The position numbers were made by a program, and so were the translations under genes. Shown here piece by piece: positions 1 to 8,867 of a DNA stretch of 64,000 nucleotides. The DNA comes from a virus, in IMG/VR virus record IMGVR_UViG_3300032896_000001, positions 41,096 to 105,095 of that record; one strand, given 5' to 3'. Position 1 is the stretch's first letter; each line of letters starts with the position of its first letter. The notes below the pieces were generated by a model. The model made no database searches and was not told where the DNA came from. It was given only the letters and a program-made list of their open reading frames with translations.

Positions 1-1
1 C

Positions 2-931
2 TACGGCTCCGGCAACAGCCAGGGCAACAGCAACAGCGTCGAGACCGGCGGCAGCACCTCCACCAACACCGTCACCGGCACCGTCACCGCCATCCGCGGC
101 GCCGTCTGCTACGACTGGTTCCAGAGCAGCAACGGCACCGTCTGGTACTACTACACGACGACCACCGTCAACTCGGTCACGATGACCAAGGTCATCACCA
201 CCAACCAGGCGCTCCCCACCACCATCCCCGACCTGTCCGCCAACTGGAACGGCGTCGCCGGCGTCCCCACCTACAACGCGGCGGCTGACAACGGCTCCGC
301 GAACGCCGACGACTACGACGGGTTCCTCGCCAGCCTCTCCGGCGACTACTCCTCCACCGGCCAGTGGGTCAAGCCCGGCACCGGCACCGCCAACCCGTCC
401 CAGTGGACCTCCCTCAACGGCGCCGCCCTCACCCTCGGCGGCGGCACCGTCAACGAGATCGAGGAATACCTCTTCCTCACCCTCTGGAACGCCGTCAAGT
501 GCTCGCCCACCGCGATCATGATGAACGCAGCCCAGGCGCAGGAAGTCGCCAACCTCATCCTCGCCAGCGGCAGCGCGACCACCTTCCTCAACACCGACGC
601 CTCGGGCCGCATCAGCGTCACCGCCGGCGGCCGCGTCGGGGAGATCGTCAACGCCCCCGCCGGCGGCGCCACCGTCCCCATCGAGGTCCACGTCTCGCTG
701 CCCCCGGGCACCATCATCGCGAGGACCGACCGGGTGCCCTTCCCGCAGGCCAACATCAGCAACGTCCTCGCGATGCGCTGCCTCCGCGACACCGCCCAGT
801 TCGACTACGGCATCGCGCGAGTCGCCGGGACCAAGGGCGGGGGGCCCCGCAAAGAGTTCGAGATAAGGTCAGTCAGTGCCCTGGCGAACCGCGCGCCGGT
901 AGCCATGGCTGTGCTGTCAAACGTCTCCTAG
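2..931 (+). CDS. Major capsid protein, 5' truncated by window edge
   Basis: Frame is open from base 2 into ORF 182..931; C-terminus (PIEVHVSLPPGTII...FEIRSVSALANRAPVAMAVLSNV) is typical of HK97-fold capsid ends; lies directly before head-tail and tail genes. Confidence 0.7.
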   Translation, partial: YGSGNSQGNSNSVETGGSTSTNTVTGTVTAIRGAVCYDWFQSSNGTVWYYYTTTTVNSVTMTKVITTNQALPTTIPDLSANWNGVAGVPTYNAAADNGSANADDYDGFLASLSGDYSSTGQWVKPGTGTANPSQWTSLNGAALTLGGGTVNEIEEYLFLTLWNAVKCSPTAIMMNAAQAQEVANLILASGSATTFLNTDASGRISVTAGGRVGEIVNAPAGGATVPIEVHVSLPPGTIIARTDRVPFPQANISNVLAMRCLRDTAQFDYGIARVAGTKGGGPRKEFEIRSVSALANRAPVAMAVLSNVS

Positions 932-1084
932 CTGGGGCGACAAGACAATTCAAGGGTTTTCATCGCACCGTACACGTGTTCTACCTCGGCATGATAGGCT
1001 CTTGGTAGTAATCAGGCGGCCCGGTCGGTGAGTCACCACCGGCCGGGCCAAGCCTGCCAACCCGCCATCACCGGGAGACAGACC

Positions 1085-2155
1085 GTGATCAACCCTACGG
1101 AAGAAAACCCTGCTCGCAAGGGCGAGCCGTGCCCTCTCGTGGAGAACGGCAAGATCTGCGGGGAGCCCGTGTTCGCGCGCGGGTGGTGCTCGAAGCACTA
1201 CACGACCGCGAGGCGCTTCGGCGACCCGCTGTTCCCTGTGAAGCGCCGCGGCAAGCAGGGCGGCAAGTGTCTCGCGCCCGAGGGGTGCGACAAGCCGGCC
1301 AAGGCGCACAATCTCTGCGAGAACCACCGCAGGCTGATGGCCAAGTACGGCGAGACGACACCCTCGCGCGAGCGGCGTTTCTGGGCGAAGGTCGACAAGA
1401 GCGGCGGCCCCGACGCCTGCTGGCCTTGGACCGGCTGGTGTCAGAAGAACGGCTACGGCCAGTACGGCTCCACTCGCAACGGCTCGAACCTGGTCCACCG
1501 CATCGCCTACGAGTACCTAGTCGACCCCATCCCGGACGGCCTCGTACTCGACCACCTGTGCCACACGGCCGACCCGCAGTGCGCAGACAACGACGCCTGC
1601 CCGCACCGCAAATGCTGCAACCCGAAACACGGGGAGCCCGTCACCAGGCGCGAGAACATCGCCCGAGGTCGAGGCGGCGACTCGTGGGGCTACGTGCCCG
1701 ATCCCATCCCGGCCCCGGCCGAGAAGCCGATCAACTGCGTCAAGTGCGGCCGCACGGACAAGCCCGTCTACAAGAGCGGCATGTGCCGCCTCTGCTACCG
1801 CAAGCGTCACGAAGACCCCGCTTTCATGCCCCGGGCGGAGCGAACGCTCGAGGTCCGCTTCTGGTCCAAGGTCGACAAGGACGGCCCGCTCCCTTATGAG
1901 CGGCTTGACCTGGGGCCGTGCTGGATCTGGACCGCCGGCATCAATAAGACGACCGGCTATGCCCGATTCGCCGTCAAGCATGGCGAGATGATGGACGGCC
2001 ACCGCCTCTCGTACCTAATGGCCCACGGCTCGATCCCCGAGAAGCACGACGTGCATCACGTGTGCCTCCGGCGGGCCTGCGTTAACCCGGCCCACCTCGA
2101 GGCCGTGACTCGATCTGTCAACCTCGCCGAGCGGAAGAACCGCCGGAGCAGGTAG
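1085..2155 (+). CDS. HNH homing endonuclease with two HNH domains and Zn-finger repeats
   Basis: Two RFW(A/S)KVDK..CW.WT..HR..Y..H.C..C.NP.H.E.VT...N units; GTG at 1085 after GGAGA; upstream TAGGCT -10 and hairpin. Confidence 0.85.
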   Translation: MINPTEENPARKGEPCPLVENGKICGEPVFARGWCSKHYTTARRFGDPLFPVKRRGKQGGKCLAPEGCDKPAKAHNLCENHRRLMAKYGETTPSRERRFWAKVDKSGGPDACWPWTGWCQKNGYGQYGSTRNGSNLVHRIAYEYLVDPIPDGLVLDHLCHTADPQCADNDACPHRKCCNPKHGEPVTRRENIARGRGGDSWGYVPDPIPAPAEKPINCVKCGRTDKPVYKSGMCRLCYRKRHEDPAFMPRAERTLEVRFWSKVDKDGPLPYERLDLGPCWIWTAGINKTTGYARFAVKHGEMMDGHRLSYLMAHGSIPEKHDVHHVCLRRACVNPAHLEAVTRSVNLAERKNRRSR

Positions 2156-2158
2156 GCG

Positions 2159-2206
2159 CAGCGGAACGGCCCCGGCGGGACTGCTCCGCGCCGGGGCCGT
2201 TCGCTG
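2159..2206. terminator. GC hairpin between convergent genes
   Basis: cagcggaacggccccggcg...cgccggggccgttcgctg inverted repeat. Confidence 0.6.
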
Positions 2207-2212
2207 TCGGGG

Positions 2213-3106
2213 CTAGGGCAGGTCGGGCTCCTGGCTGTCGTCCCACGGGCCGAATTCCTCCGGCGGGAACATGATCTCCGCGACGTCGGCCGGGGTCATC
2301 CCGAGGTCGCGGGCGACCTTCTTGACGGGCGACGGGTGACCTTCGGGGACCTCGTTCCAGGCGTCCCAGACGTCCTTGAACATCTGCTTCGTGCGAATGA
2401 AGGCGGCCTCTTCCGCGTCCTCGGCCGTTGTGGCGTCGTCGGGGACCGCGAACCGGGCGGCCTCGCGCTCCACGTCCGGGACGTCCTCGGCGGACTCGAG
2501 GACGAGCTCGGCGGCGCGCGTGAGCCGGTTGGCGATCAGGAGCGCCTCCTCGGGCGACAGCATCGCGTACGCCTGCTGGCGGTCGTCCCCGTCGATTCCA
2601 AGCCCGACCATGCCGGGGGTCATCCCGAGGTCGCGGGCGACCTTCTTGACGGGCGACGGGTGACCTTCGGGGACCTCGTTCCAGGCGTCCCAGACGTCCT
2701 TGAACATCTGCTTCGTGCGAATGAAGGCGGCCTCTTCCGCGTCCTCGGCCGTTGTGGCGTCGTCGGGGACCGCGAACCGGGCGGCCTCGCGCTCCACGTC
2801 CGGGACGTCCTCGGCGGACTCGAGGACGAGCTCGGCGGCGCGCGTGAGCCGGTTGGCGATCAGGAGCGCCTCCTCGGGCGACAGCATCGCGTACGCCTGC
2901 TGGCGGTCGTCCCCGTCGATTCCAAGCCCGACCATGCCGGGGTCGTGGCCGGGCGCGCCGCAGTCGTCGCATTCGAAGGCGCCCTCGGGGGCGAAGACGT
3001 GCTCGACGGCGATGCGGTCTCCGCCGCAGTCCCCGAAGACGACTCCGATCGTGCGGGTGCGCATCGGGATGCCCTTGCTGGCGGCTTCGGGTTCGCTCTC
3101 GCTCAC
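2213..3106 (-). CDS. Hypothetical protein with exact internal 108-aa duplication
   Basis: ORF track; GTGA overlap with upstream gene; duplicated block visible in DNA and protein. Confidence 0.65.
   Translation of the reverse strand: MSESEPEAASKGIPMRTRTIGVVFGDCGGDRIAVEHVFAPEGAFECDDCGAPGHDPGMVGLGIDGDDRQQAYAMLSPEEALLIANRLTRAAELVLESAEDVPDVEREAARFAVPDDATTAEDAEEAAFIRTKQMFKDVWDAWNEVPEGHPSPVKKVARDLGMTPGMVGLGIDGDDRQQAYAMLSPEEALLIANRLTRAAELVLESAEDVPDVEREAARFAVPDDATTAEDAEEAAFIRTKQMFKDVWDAWNEVPEGHPSPVKKVARDLGMTPADVAEIMFPPEEFGPWDDSQEPDLP
2292..2939. repeat. Tandem direct repeat, 2 x 324 bp
   Basis: 2292-2615 matches 2616-2939; flanked by gccggggtc microhomology at 2289 and 2936. Confidence 0.9.
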
Positions 3107-3477
3107 GGGTTCTCCTTGGGGTCGATGATTCGAAGGTTGGACAGGTCGTTGTTGCGCGGGTCGCCGTCTATGTGGTGGACGACGCGCCCGTCTTGCGGAG
3201 TGATGCCTGCGCGGCGGCGTCCGGCCCGGAGCGCGGCGGCCTTGTCGCGGTACTCTTCCGCCGCCTCCACGTCGGCCAGGAGGGCGTCAAGGCCGGCGAG
3301 CCAGTCGGCGCTGACGAGGACGGCCGTCCCGTCGAGTCGCAGGCGGGCGCTGTCGAGCGCGGCCACGAGGACGTCGTTCATGCCCGCTCCGCGCTGCGCC
3401 GCCGAGACCTTGAGCCAGCGGTGGAGCTCTGGCGGCAGTTTCGCGAGGAACCTAACCCGCTTATCTTCATTACTCAT
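3103..3477 (-). CDS. Ribbon-helix-helix domain fused to an HNH core
   Basis: N-term RFLAKLPPELHRWLKVSAAQRGAGMNDVL (Arc/RHH-like); C-term VVHHIDGDPRNNDLSNL (HNH); leaderless TAAGCT-7nt-ATG. Confidence 0.7.
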   Translation of the reverse strand: MSNEDKRVRFLAKLPPELHRWLKVSAAQRGAGMNDVLVAALDSARLRLDGTAVLVSADWLAGLDALLADVEAAEEYRDKAAALRAGRRRAGITPQDGRVVHHIDGDPRNNDLSNLRIIDPKENP

Positions 3478-3506
3478 GTAATCAAGCTTATCAGATAAGG
3501 AGCGCC

Positions 3507-3974
3507 ATGGACCTCTACTCGAAGGTCGGCGCCGACTCTCACGTCGACCCCGTGCACGGCCGGTTCACCCCAGACGAGGAGACCGGCGCGTTCCACTTCC
3601 CCGACGAGGTGTCGGACGCGATCGGCGGGTTCGCCGTCAAAGGGAAGAAGTTGTGGGAGAACGAGACGGAGCGGGCCGACCGGATGCACGGCCTGGACCT
3701 CGCCCGCCGGCGCGATCCCGCGACGATGCTGACGATGCAGGAGGAGAACGTCGCGCTGATGCGGCAGCTGACGCAGCTGACCGCGCAGCTCGCCGCAGTC
3801 CAGATCGGCCAGGCCGCGCCCGCGGCCCCGTCCGAGCCCGCCGTCGCCGCCGAGGCGACCGTCGAGCCCGTGGCCGAGCCTGGGGTCGAATCCGCCCCCG
3901 AGCCGTCGCCTGAGCCGCGCGCAGCCGCCGTGAAGGCCTCCCGCACGCCGAAGGTCGCGGCGAAGCCCGCATAA
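3507..3974 (+). CDS. Hypothetical protein, head module
   Basis: AAGGAG RBS; position after capsid; Ala/Pro-rich tail. Confidence 0.6.
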   Translation: MDLYSKVGADSHVDPVHGRFTPDEETGAFHFPDEVSDAIGGFAVKGKKLWENETERADRMHGLDLARRRDPATMLTMQEENVALMRQLTQLTAQLAAVQIGQAAPAAPSEPAVAAEATVEPVAEPGVESAPEPSPEPRAAAVKASRTPKVAAKPA

Positions 3975-4107
3975 CCCCGCAGCACCCCGTTTCCGCCCCC
4001 GCGAGCGCCCGCTCCGGAGGTTTCGTCATGCCCCGCCTCCGCGGCCGGGCAGCCGCCCCAGCCCGACCCGCGCGGCATTCCCCGCGCCAGCCCACCGGAG
4101 GTAAACC

Positions 4108-4767
4108 ATGCCGAACTCAGTGCTCGTGACCGGCGGCAACAACGGCCCCCTCGCGACGGAGAACATCAGCACCCCGGCGACGTTCAACGCCGAGATCACC
4201 GCCCTCGGCGGCATCAACACGCAGCAGCTCCCCGCCGGGTACCTCGGCCAGTCGATCAGCTCCGACGTCCTGTCCGCCACGGCGGTGGTCCTGACGACCG
4301 CCTACGGGTACCTCACCCGGGTCGTCGTCCCCGTCGCGGGCGTCACCTCCTACCTGGACGTGATCCTCACCGCGTACGGTTCGCCGACCGGGGCGATCTG
4401 GGGGCTCTACACCGGCTCCGGCGTCAACCCGGTCGCCTGGACGGCGGAGTCCCACGCGAGCATCACCGGCAACGGGCTCACGTCCGTCCCCTGGGTGACG
4501 CCGGCGAGCATCGCGGCGGGGACGTACTACGTGTACCAGTGCTACACGGCCACCACCCCGTCGATGCCGGGCGTCACCGCGACGTCCACCGGGTCCGCCG
4601 GGGCGGCGATCATGAACCCGAACTGCTCGCTGTCCGCCACGGTTCCCACCCTGAACTCGGCCGTCCTGACATCGGGCGCCCCGACGACGATCGGCTCGAC
4701 GACCCAGCTCACCTGGGGCACCTCGTGGGCGTTCGCGGCGACCAAGCTGTGGTACGGGATCCGGTAA
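4108..4767 (+). CDS. Putative virion structural or decoration protein
   Basis: GGAGG RBS; Thr/Gly/Ser-rich beta-type composition; late operon. Confidence 0.6.
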   Translation: MPNSVLVTGGNNGPLATENISTPATFNAEITALGGINTQQLPAGYLGQSISSDVLSATAVVLTTAYGYLTRVVVPVAGVTSYLDVILTAYGSPTGAIWGLYTGSGVNPVAWTAESHASITGNGLTSVPWVTPASIAAGTYYVYQCYTATTPSMPGVTATSTGSAGAAIMNPNCSLSATVPTLNSAVLTSGAPTTIGSTTQLTWGTSWAFAATKLWYGIR

Positions 4768-5205
4768 CCGCCTGCACCGGCAGTCCGGCTTGACGTGCAC
4801 CATGATCCCGCCCGGGGTCCGGTGGCAAGGGCCTGCGGGCTGCGGGATGACGTTGCGGAACGGCGTGAAGACGACCGGCTTGTACCGGGGCGCCTCGCCG
4901 ACCCGCGCGCCCGCAGCGTAGGCCCAGGTCTTCTCCAGACCCGCGCGCCCGCAGTGACCGCAGGTGTCCTCTTCCTCGGTCACCGTCCAGACGGACCAGC
5001 ATTCCCGGCACCGCCACGACTCGCCGACGGCCAGCGTCTCGAGGCGGGGCCGGGATAGGCAGCGGTGGCGGGTGACGGCCTCGTCGCACGTCTTGCACCC
5101 GCTGTCGCCCGTCATCAGCCACCGGTTGCCGAGAGGCGTCCCGCACTCCGGGCAGCACGCCGGGGCCAAGTCGTAGGCGAAGATCCCCGTCTCGTTCTCG
5201 CTCAC
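4117..5205 (-). CDS. Cys-rich Zn-ribbon protein; only ~5205-4770 looks coding
   Basis: Multiple CxxC motifs; GTGA coupling to 5202..5651; the rest of the ORF is antisense to 4108..4767. Confidence 0.45.
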   Translation of the reverse strand: MSENETGIFAYDLAPACCPECGTPLGNRWLMTGDSGCKTCDEAVTRHRCLSRPRLETLAVGESWRCRECWSVWTVTEEEDTCGHCGRAGLEKTWAYAAGARVGEAPRYKPVVFTPFRNVIPQPAGPCHRTPGGIMVHVKPDCRCRRLPDPVPQLGRRERPRGAPGELGRRADRRRGARCQDGRVQGGNRGGQRAVRVHDRRPGGPGGRRGDARHRRGGGRVALVHVVRPRRDARRRHPGDGREPVAGDARVGLRRPGDRVDAGAGVEPPDRPGRRTVRGEDHVQVGGDARDGDDDPGEVPVGGRQDHRRGGQDVGADRLAEVPGGELLRVDAAEGGDLGVERRRGADVLRREGAVVAAGHEH

Positions 5206-5651
5206 GGGTGCAACTCCAGCGTGAAGCCGTGTGCCCGGGGCTCTCGCACGAGCATCCCCTGCCCTCCGGTCATGTCCGCGTCGTCGATGTCCGCGCTTCC
5301 GCCCAGCTTCCGGACCAGCGCGGCGACGATGTACGACGAGTCGACGGCCTCGCGCCGCATCTTCCGGTCTGCGCAGTCAAGGCTCTCCAGCGTCGCAGTC
5401 AACTCCTCGCGCAGCCGCATGACCTCCTGCGCCCATTCCAGCAGCGTGTGGGTTTCCAGGTGCGCCCTGACGACCTCTTCGGCCGCCATGGCGCGGTCGC
5501 GGAGGAACCGCCAGATGTCCGCATCCGAGGTGATCGCCTCGCCTGGTGGCGGCGGCGGGCCGGTCCCCTTCCAGGGGCATGCGGCCAGCGGGCACTCGTA
5601 GATCGTCACCGGCATCGTGACCTCAGCCCGCGGCGGCGTGCTCTCGCTCAT
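5202..5651 (-). CDS. Hypothetical protein (C2H2-like, coiled coil)
   Basis: CPLAACPW...HLETH; leaderless CATCAT-7nt-ATG. Confidence 0.55.
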   Translation of the reverse strand: MSESTPPRAEVTMPVTIYECPLAACPWKGTGPPPPPGEAITSDADIWRFLRDRAMAAEEVVRAHLETHTLLEWAQEVMRLREELTATLESLDCADRKMRREAVDSSYIVAALVRKLGGSADIDDADMTGGQGMLVREPRAHGFTLELHP

Positions 5652-5691
5652 GCCGTCAATGATGGCGCAAGCCGGGAGGTGGCCTCCTCCC

Positions 5692-6675
5692 GTGCCCTTG
5701 ACTACGCCCTACGTTTCCGTCCAGATGCTGGTTGACGCGCCTACCGGTGTGAGCTGGTCGCTCCTCCCGAAGCCGAAGGCGACTACGGCCCAGAATTACG
5801 CCGAGCTCAATAACTGCCTGTGGCGCGCGACGAGCATGGTGGATACCTACTGCCGGCAGGCGCTCCGCTCCACCCTCGCCGTCGAGTACCTCAACGGCCC
5901 CGGCGTCCCGCGGTGCAACGTCGACCCGAACACCGGCAACGGGGTGCTGCAGACCCGATGGTGGCCGGTCACGGAGATCCTCGCGATCCAGGTTTCCTCC
6001 AGCCGGAACTTCGACAACAACTACACGCCGGTCACCGCAGGGCAGTGGCGCATCCGCCACCCGCTCATCTCGATCGGCGACTCGGCCAGCGCGACGGCCC
6101 CCGACGGCGGCTGGACGATCGACGTCGCCCCCGGGTGGATCACCTGGTCCGCGTGCGGGCGCGGGCCCGTCCCGGGGTCGTGGTCGGGCGGCGGCGGACG
6201 GGGCGGCACGCTGGTGCAGCTCGCCTACTTCAACGGCTGGCCGCACACCTCGCTCACCGGGGACGCCGAGGCGGGCGATACCGAGATCAACGTCGACGAC
6301 GTGACCGGCTGGACGAACGCGTCCGGGTTCGTGTACGACGGCTCCGCGACCGAGGCCATGTCGGGCGCGTCCGTCGCCGCGACGACCCCGGTCACGCTGC
6401 CGTACGACGCCGGCACCGCGCAGGCCGGGCCGGGGACGATCACCCTGTCCTCGCCGCTGAACTTCGGCCACCAGGCGGGGACGGTCGTCTCCGCACTGCC
6501 GGCCGATGTCATCTACGCGACGATCCTCGCCGCGGCGGTGCAGGCGCTCACGGGCGGGACGGACGCGATCACGATCCAGTCGATCGGCGGCGAGCACTCC
6601 TCGCCGCAGCCGACGGCCGACGGGATGACGAAGCAGTACCAGGCGCTCCTGAACGAGTACCGCCGGGTGATGTGA
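5692..6675 (+). CDS. Head-to-tail adaptor/connector-like protein
   Basis: TPYVS..L, RATSMVDTYC and C-terminal LLNEYRR are typical of gp6/gp15-like adaptors; GTG start after GGAGG. Confidence 0.65.
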   Translation: MPLTTPYVSVQMLVDAPTGVSWSLLPKPKATTAQNYAELNNCLWRATSMVDTYCRQALRSTLAVEYLNGPGVPRCNVDPNTGNGVLQTRWWPVTEILAIQVSSSRNFDNNYTPVTAGQWRIRHPLISIGDSASATAPDGGWTIDVAPGWITWSACGRGPVPGSWSGGGGRGGTLVQLAYFNGWPHTSLTGDAEAGDTEINVDDVTGWTNASGFVYDGSATEAMSGASVAATTPVTLPYDAGTAQAGPGTITLSSPLNFGHQAGTVVSALPADVIYATILAAAVQALTGGTDAITIQSIGGEHSSPQPTADGMTKQYQALLNEYRRVM

Positions 6676-6684
6676 GGGGGCCGG

Positions 6685-7188
6685 GTGCTCGACAGCGTCC
6701 AGTGTTACGTCCGCGGCATTCTCGACAACCTGCCGATCCCGGTCGCGGGCATCCCGCCTCTGACCGCATGGGTCACGCCCCCGGCGCTCGAGCAGGCGGA
6801 CGGCCCGAGGGCTCACGTGTGGGGCGGCACCGTCCCTGTGAGCAGGCAGACGGCGCCGCGCGGCCAGGGTTTCAAGAAGTTCCCGTGGACGATCGACGTC
6901 TACCTTGTGTACCTCACGACCCCGGACGACGGGCTCGCGTCGGAGCCGTTCCCGAAGATCATCGACGCGGTGATGTGGGCGTTCTTCACGACGACGATGC
7001 CGTTGTTCATCAGCGCCGAGGGCGTCCCGATGGGGCCCAATGCGGTGAACGAGACCGACACGCAGATCCAGAAGATAGGCGAGTCGCCGCGCCTGCAGTA
7101 CCCGCCGGAGAAGATGGTCGGCCCGATGCAGATGCTCTGGTACACCGCGTTGCTGCAGGTCGACGTCGAGGAGGTCGTCCAAGCGTGA
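6685..7188 (+). CDS. Tail terminator/neck-type protein
   Basis: Size and synteny between adaptor and tail tube. Confidence 0.5.
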   Translation: MLDSVQCYVRGILDNLPIPVAGIPPLTAWVTPPALEQADGPRAHVWGGTVPVSRQTAPRGQGFKKFPWTIDVYLVYLTTPDDGLASEPFPKIIDAVMWAFFTTTMPLFISAEGVPMGPNAVNETDTQIQKIGESPRLQYPPEKMVGPMQMLWYTALLQVDVEEVVQA

Positions 7189-7643
7189 GCATGACCATGA
7201 CGGTCTCCGGCGCGGACCGGTCGCTGAAGTTCGACTGGCAGGCCGCGAGCCGGGCGTGGGCGGCGGACGTCGAGCCGCTCGCGTCGAGGGCGGTGAAGAT
7301 GGCGTCCCCGGTCGGGGCCGGGCCGACCGCGGGGAAGCTGCGGCAGTCGATCGGCTCCCGCCTCGAGCCCTCTCCGTCGCAGATGTGGGTGGTCCTGTTC
7401 GGCACCGTCCCGTACCTGCCGTACGTCATCGGGGGCACGAGGGCTCACCCGATCGCCGCGAGGAACGCGAAGGCGCTGCGCTGGCTCGAGAACCGGGGGC
7501 ACGGGCCGATCGCGTACGCGAAGAGCGTCCAGCACCCCGGGACCAAGGCCAACGACTTCCCCGAGCGGGCCATCTCGCCGCTGACGAGCCTGATCCTGCA
7601 GAGCTTCGCCGACGCCGCGAGGGAGGCCGTCATTGTCGAGTAA
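7185..7643 (+). CDS. HK97 gp10-like neck protein
   Basis: SPV...GKLRQSI...YLPYVIGGTRAHPI...VQHPGTKANDF motif; GTGA overlap. Confidence 0.7.
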   Translation: MSMTMTVSGADRSLKFDWQAASRAWAADVEPLASRAVKMASPVGAGPTAGKLRQSIGSRLEPSPSQMWVVLFGTVPYLPYVIGGTRAHPIAARNAKALRWLENRGHGPIAYAKSVQHPGTKANDFPERAISPLTSLILQSFADAAREAVIVE

Positions 7644-7875
7644 CGAACGGGTGCGGCTCCGGTACACCGGAGGCCACCCGACCACGTTCACCCACCACGG
7701 CATCGGCGAGGTAGAACCCGGGGCGGAGTTCGAGGTCCCGGCGGCCGACGCCGGCCGGTACACCCGCAGGGCGGACGTCGAGCCCGTGACGGCCAGCGGC
7801 AAGCGGAAGCCCAAGGGCGCCGCCGCGCAGGCCGACGGCGGCGCGGACGGCGCCGAAGGCGCCGAAGGCGAGTAG
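7633..7875 (+). CDS. Small hypothetical protein (tail module)
   Basis: VRLRYTG...GEVEPGAEFEVP; GGAGG RBS. Confidence 0.55.
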   Translation: MSSNERVRLRYTGGHPTTFTHHGIGEVEPGAEFEVPAADAGRYTRRADVEPVTASGKRKPKGAAAQADGGADGAEGAEGE

Positions 7876-7882
7876 CGAGGCG

Positions 7883-8053
7883 CTAGCCGAGGTGCGCGGC
7901 GGACCAGAACGCCATCGGGACGGCCGCCGCCTCCCCGATGAGCAACCCGGTCACGGCGACTGAGATCGACGCCCGCAGCAGCCCCCGCGCGAACAGCGCG
8001 CAGCCGCCGGGGAACAGGACGGCGGCGAGCGCGAGCTCCCACCATCCGCTCAC
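7883..8053 (-). CDS. Small membrane protein
   Basis: Two hydrophobic segments; GTGA-coupled. Confidence 0.4.
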   Translation of the reverse strand: MSGWWELALAAVLFPGGCALFARGLLRASISVAVTGLLIGEAAAVPMAFWSAAHLG

Positions 8054-8430
8054 AGCCGTATCACCGCGAAGTCCACCCGCAGGCTGATCGCGCGCTGGAC
8101 CGCAGGCTTCACCAACTCCCCGGCGAGCGTGCGGACCAGCGGCGTGAGGCTGCCGTCGAACCGCATCCGCGGGCACTCCGACAGATGCCACCCGGCAGGC
8201 TCGAGCGCCGCCAGGGCGTCCTCCGCCCTCGCCAGCAGCGCCGCCCGGACCCCCCTAGCGGTGGCCGGCATCTCGTCTGCGGCGATGACGACCGACTCGA
8301 ACTCGTACGGGCCGAACGGCAGATCGATTCGCAGCGCCGGGCGCCTGATGTCCTCGACGTGCAGCCATGGCCTGACCAGCTCGGCAATCGCCGTGATCTC
8401 GCTTGCTCCCGTGATCTCAGGCCAGCTCAC
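8050..8430 (-). CDS. Hypothetical protein
   Basis: GTGA-coupled within antisense cassette. Confidence 0.5.
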   Translation of the reverse strand: MSWPEITGASEITAIAELVRPWLHVEDIRRPALRIDLPFGPYEFESVVIAADEMPATARGVRAALLARAEDALAALEPAGWHLSECPRMRFDGSLTPLVRTLAGELVKPAVQRAISLRVDFAVIRL

Positions 8431-8801
8431 GGCTTCCACCCCGGCTTGTACTCCGGGTGCTTGTCGTAGGCGGACACGAGCGACATGAGCGTCCGGAACG
8501 CCAGGTTGGCGTGTGGCGCCGGGAACGGCGACCCGTACCGGGCATGGCCGGCGTTGAACCCCGGCTGCCTGCTCATGGCCCGCTCGCAGTCGGCGACGAT
8601 GCGCCGCTTGGCCGCGATCTCGCGCAGCGTGCGGGCAGGGCGGCCGCAGTTGCAGTCAGGGTCACGGCGAGCCGCGTCCGCCATGTCTTCCGCGTACAAG
8701 AGCGCGTCGCACTGCCCCACGTCGTGGACGGCCCATGCTCGCGCCTCTTCCTCGTCGAGCCTCGCCGCGTAGAACGCCGCGATCTCGCCTGTCTCGTCCA
8801 T
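8427..8801 (-). CDS. DUF6221-family protein
   Basis: F.AARLDEEE...RTLREIAAKRRIV...AYDKHPEYKPGW matches the actinobacterial DUF6221 pattern; leaderless CATGCT-6nt-ATG. Confidence 0.7.
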   Translation of the reverse strand: MDETGEIAAFYAARLDEEEARAWAVHDVGQCDALLYAEDMADAARRDPDCNCGRPARTLREIAAKRRIVADCERAMSRQPGFNAGHARYGSPFPAPHANLAFRTLMSLVSAYDKHPEYKPGWKP

Positions 8802-8867
8802 GCCGCCAGCATGCCATTCCCGGCACGCGCCCCGCCCACGCACGCACCAGAGCAAAGGAGGAGCGCC

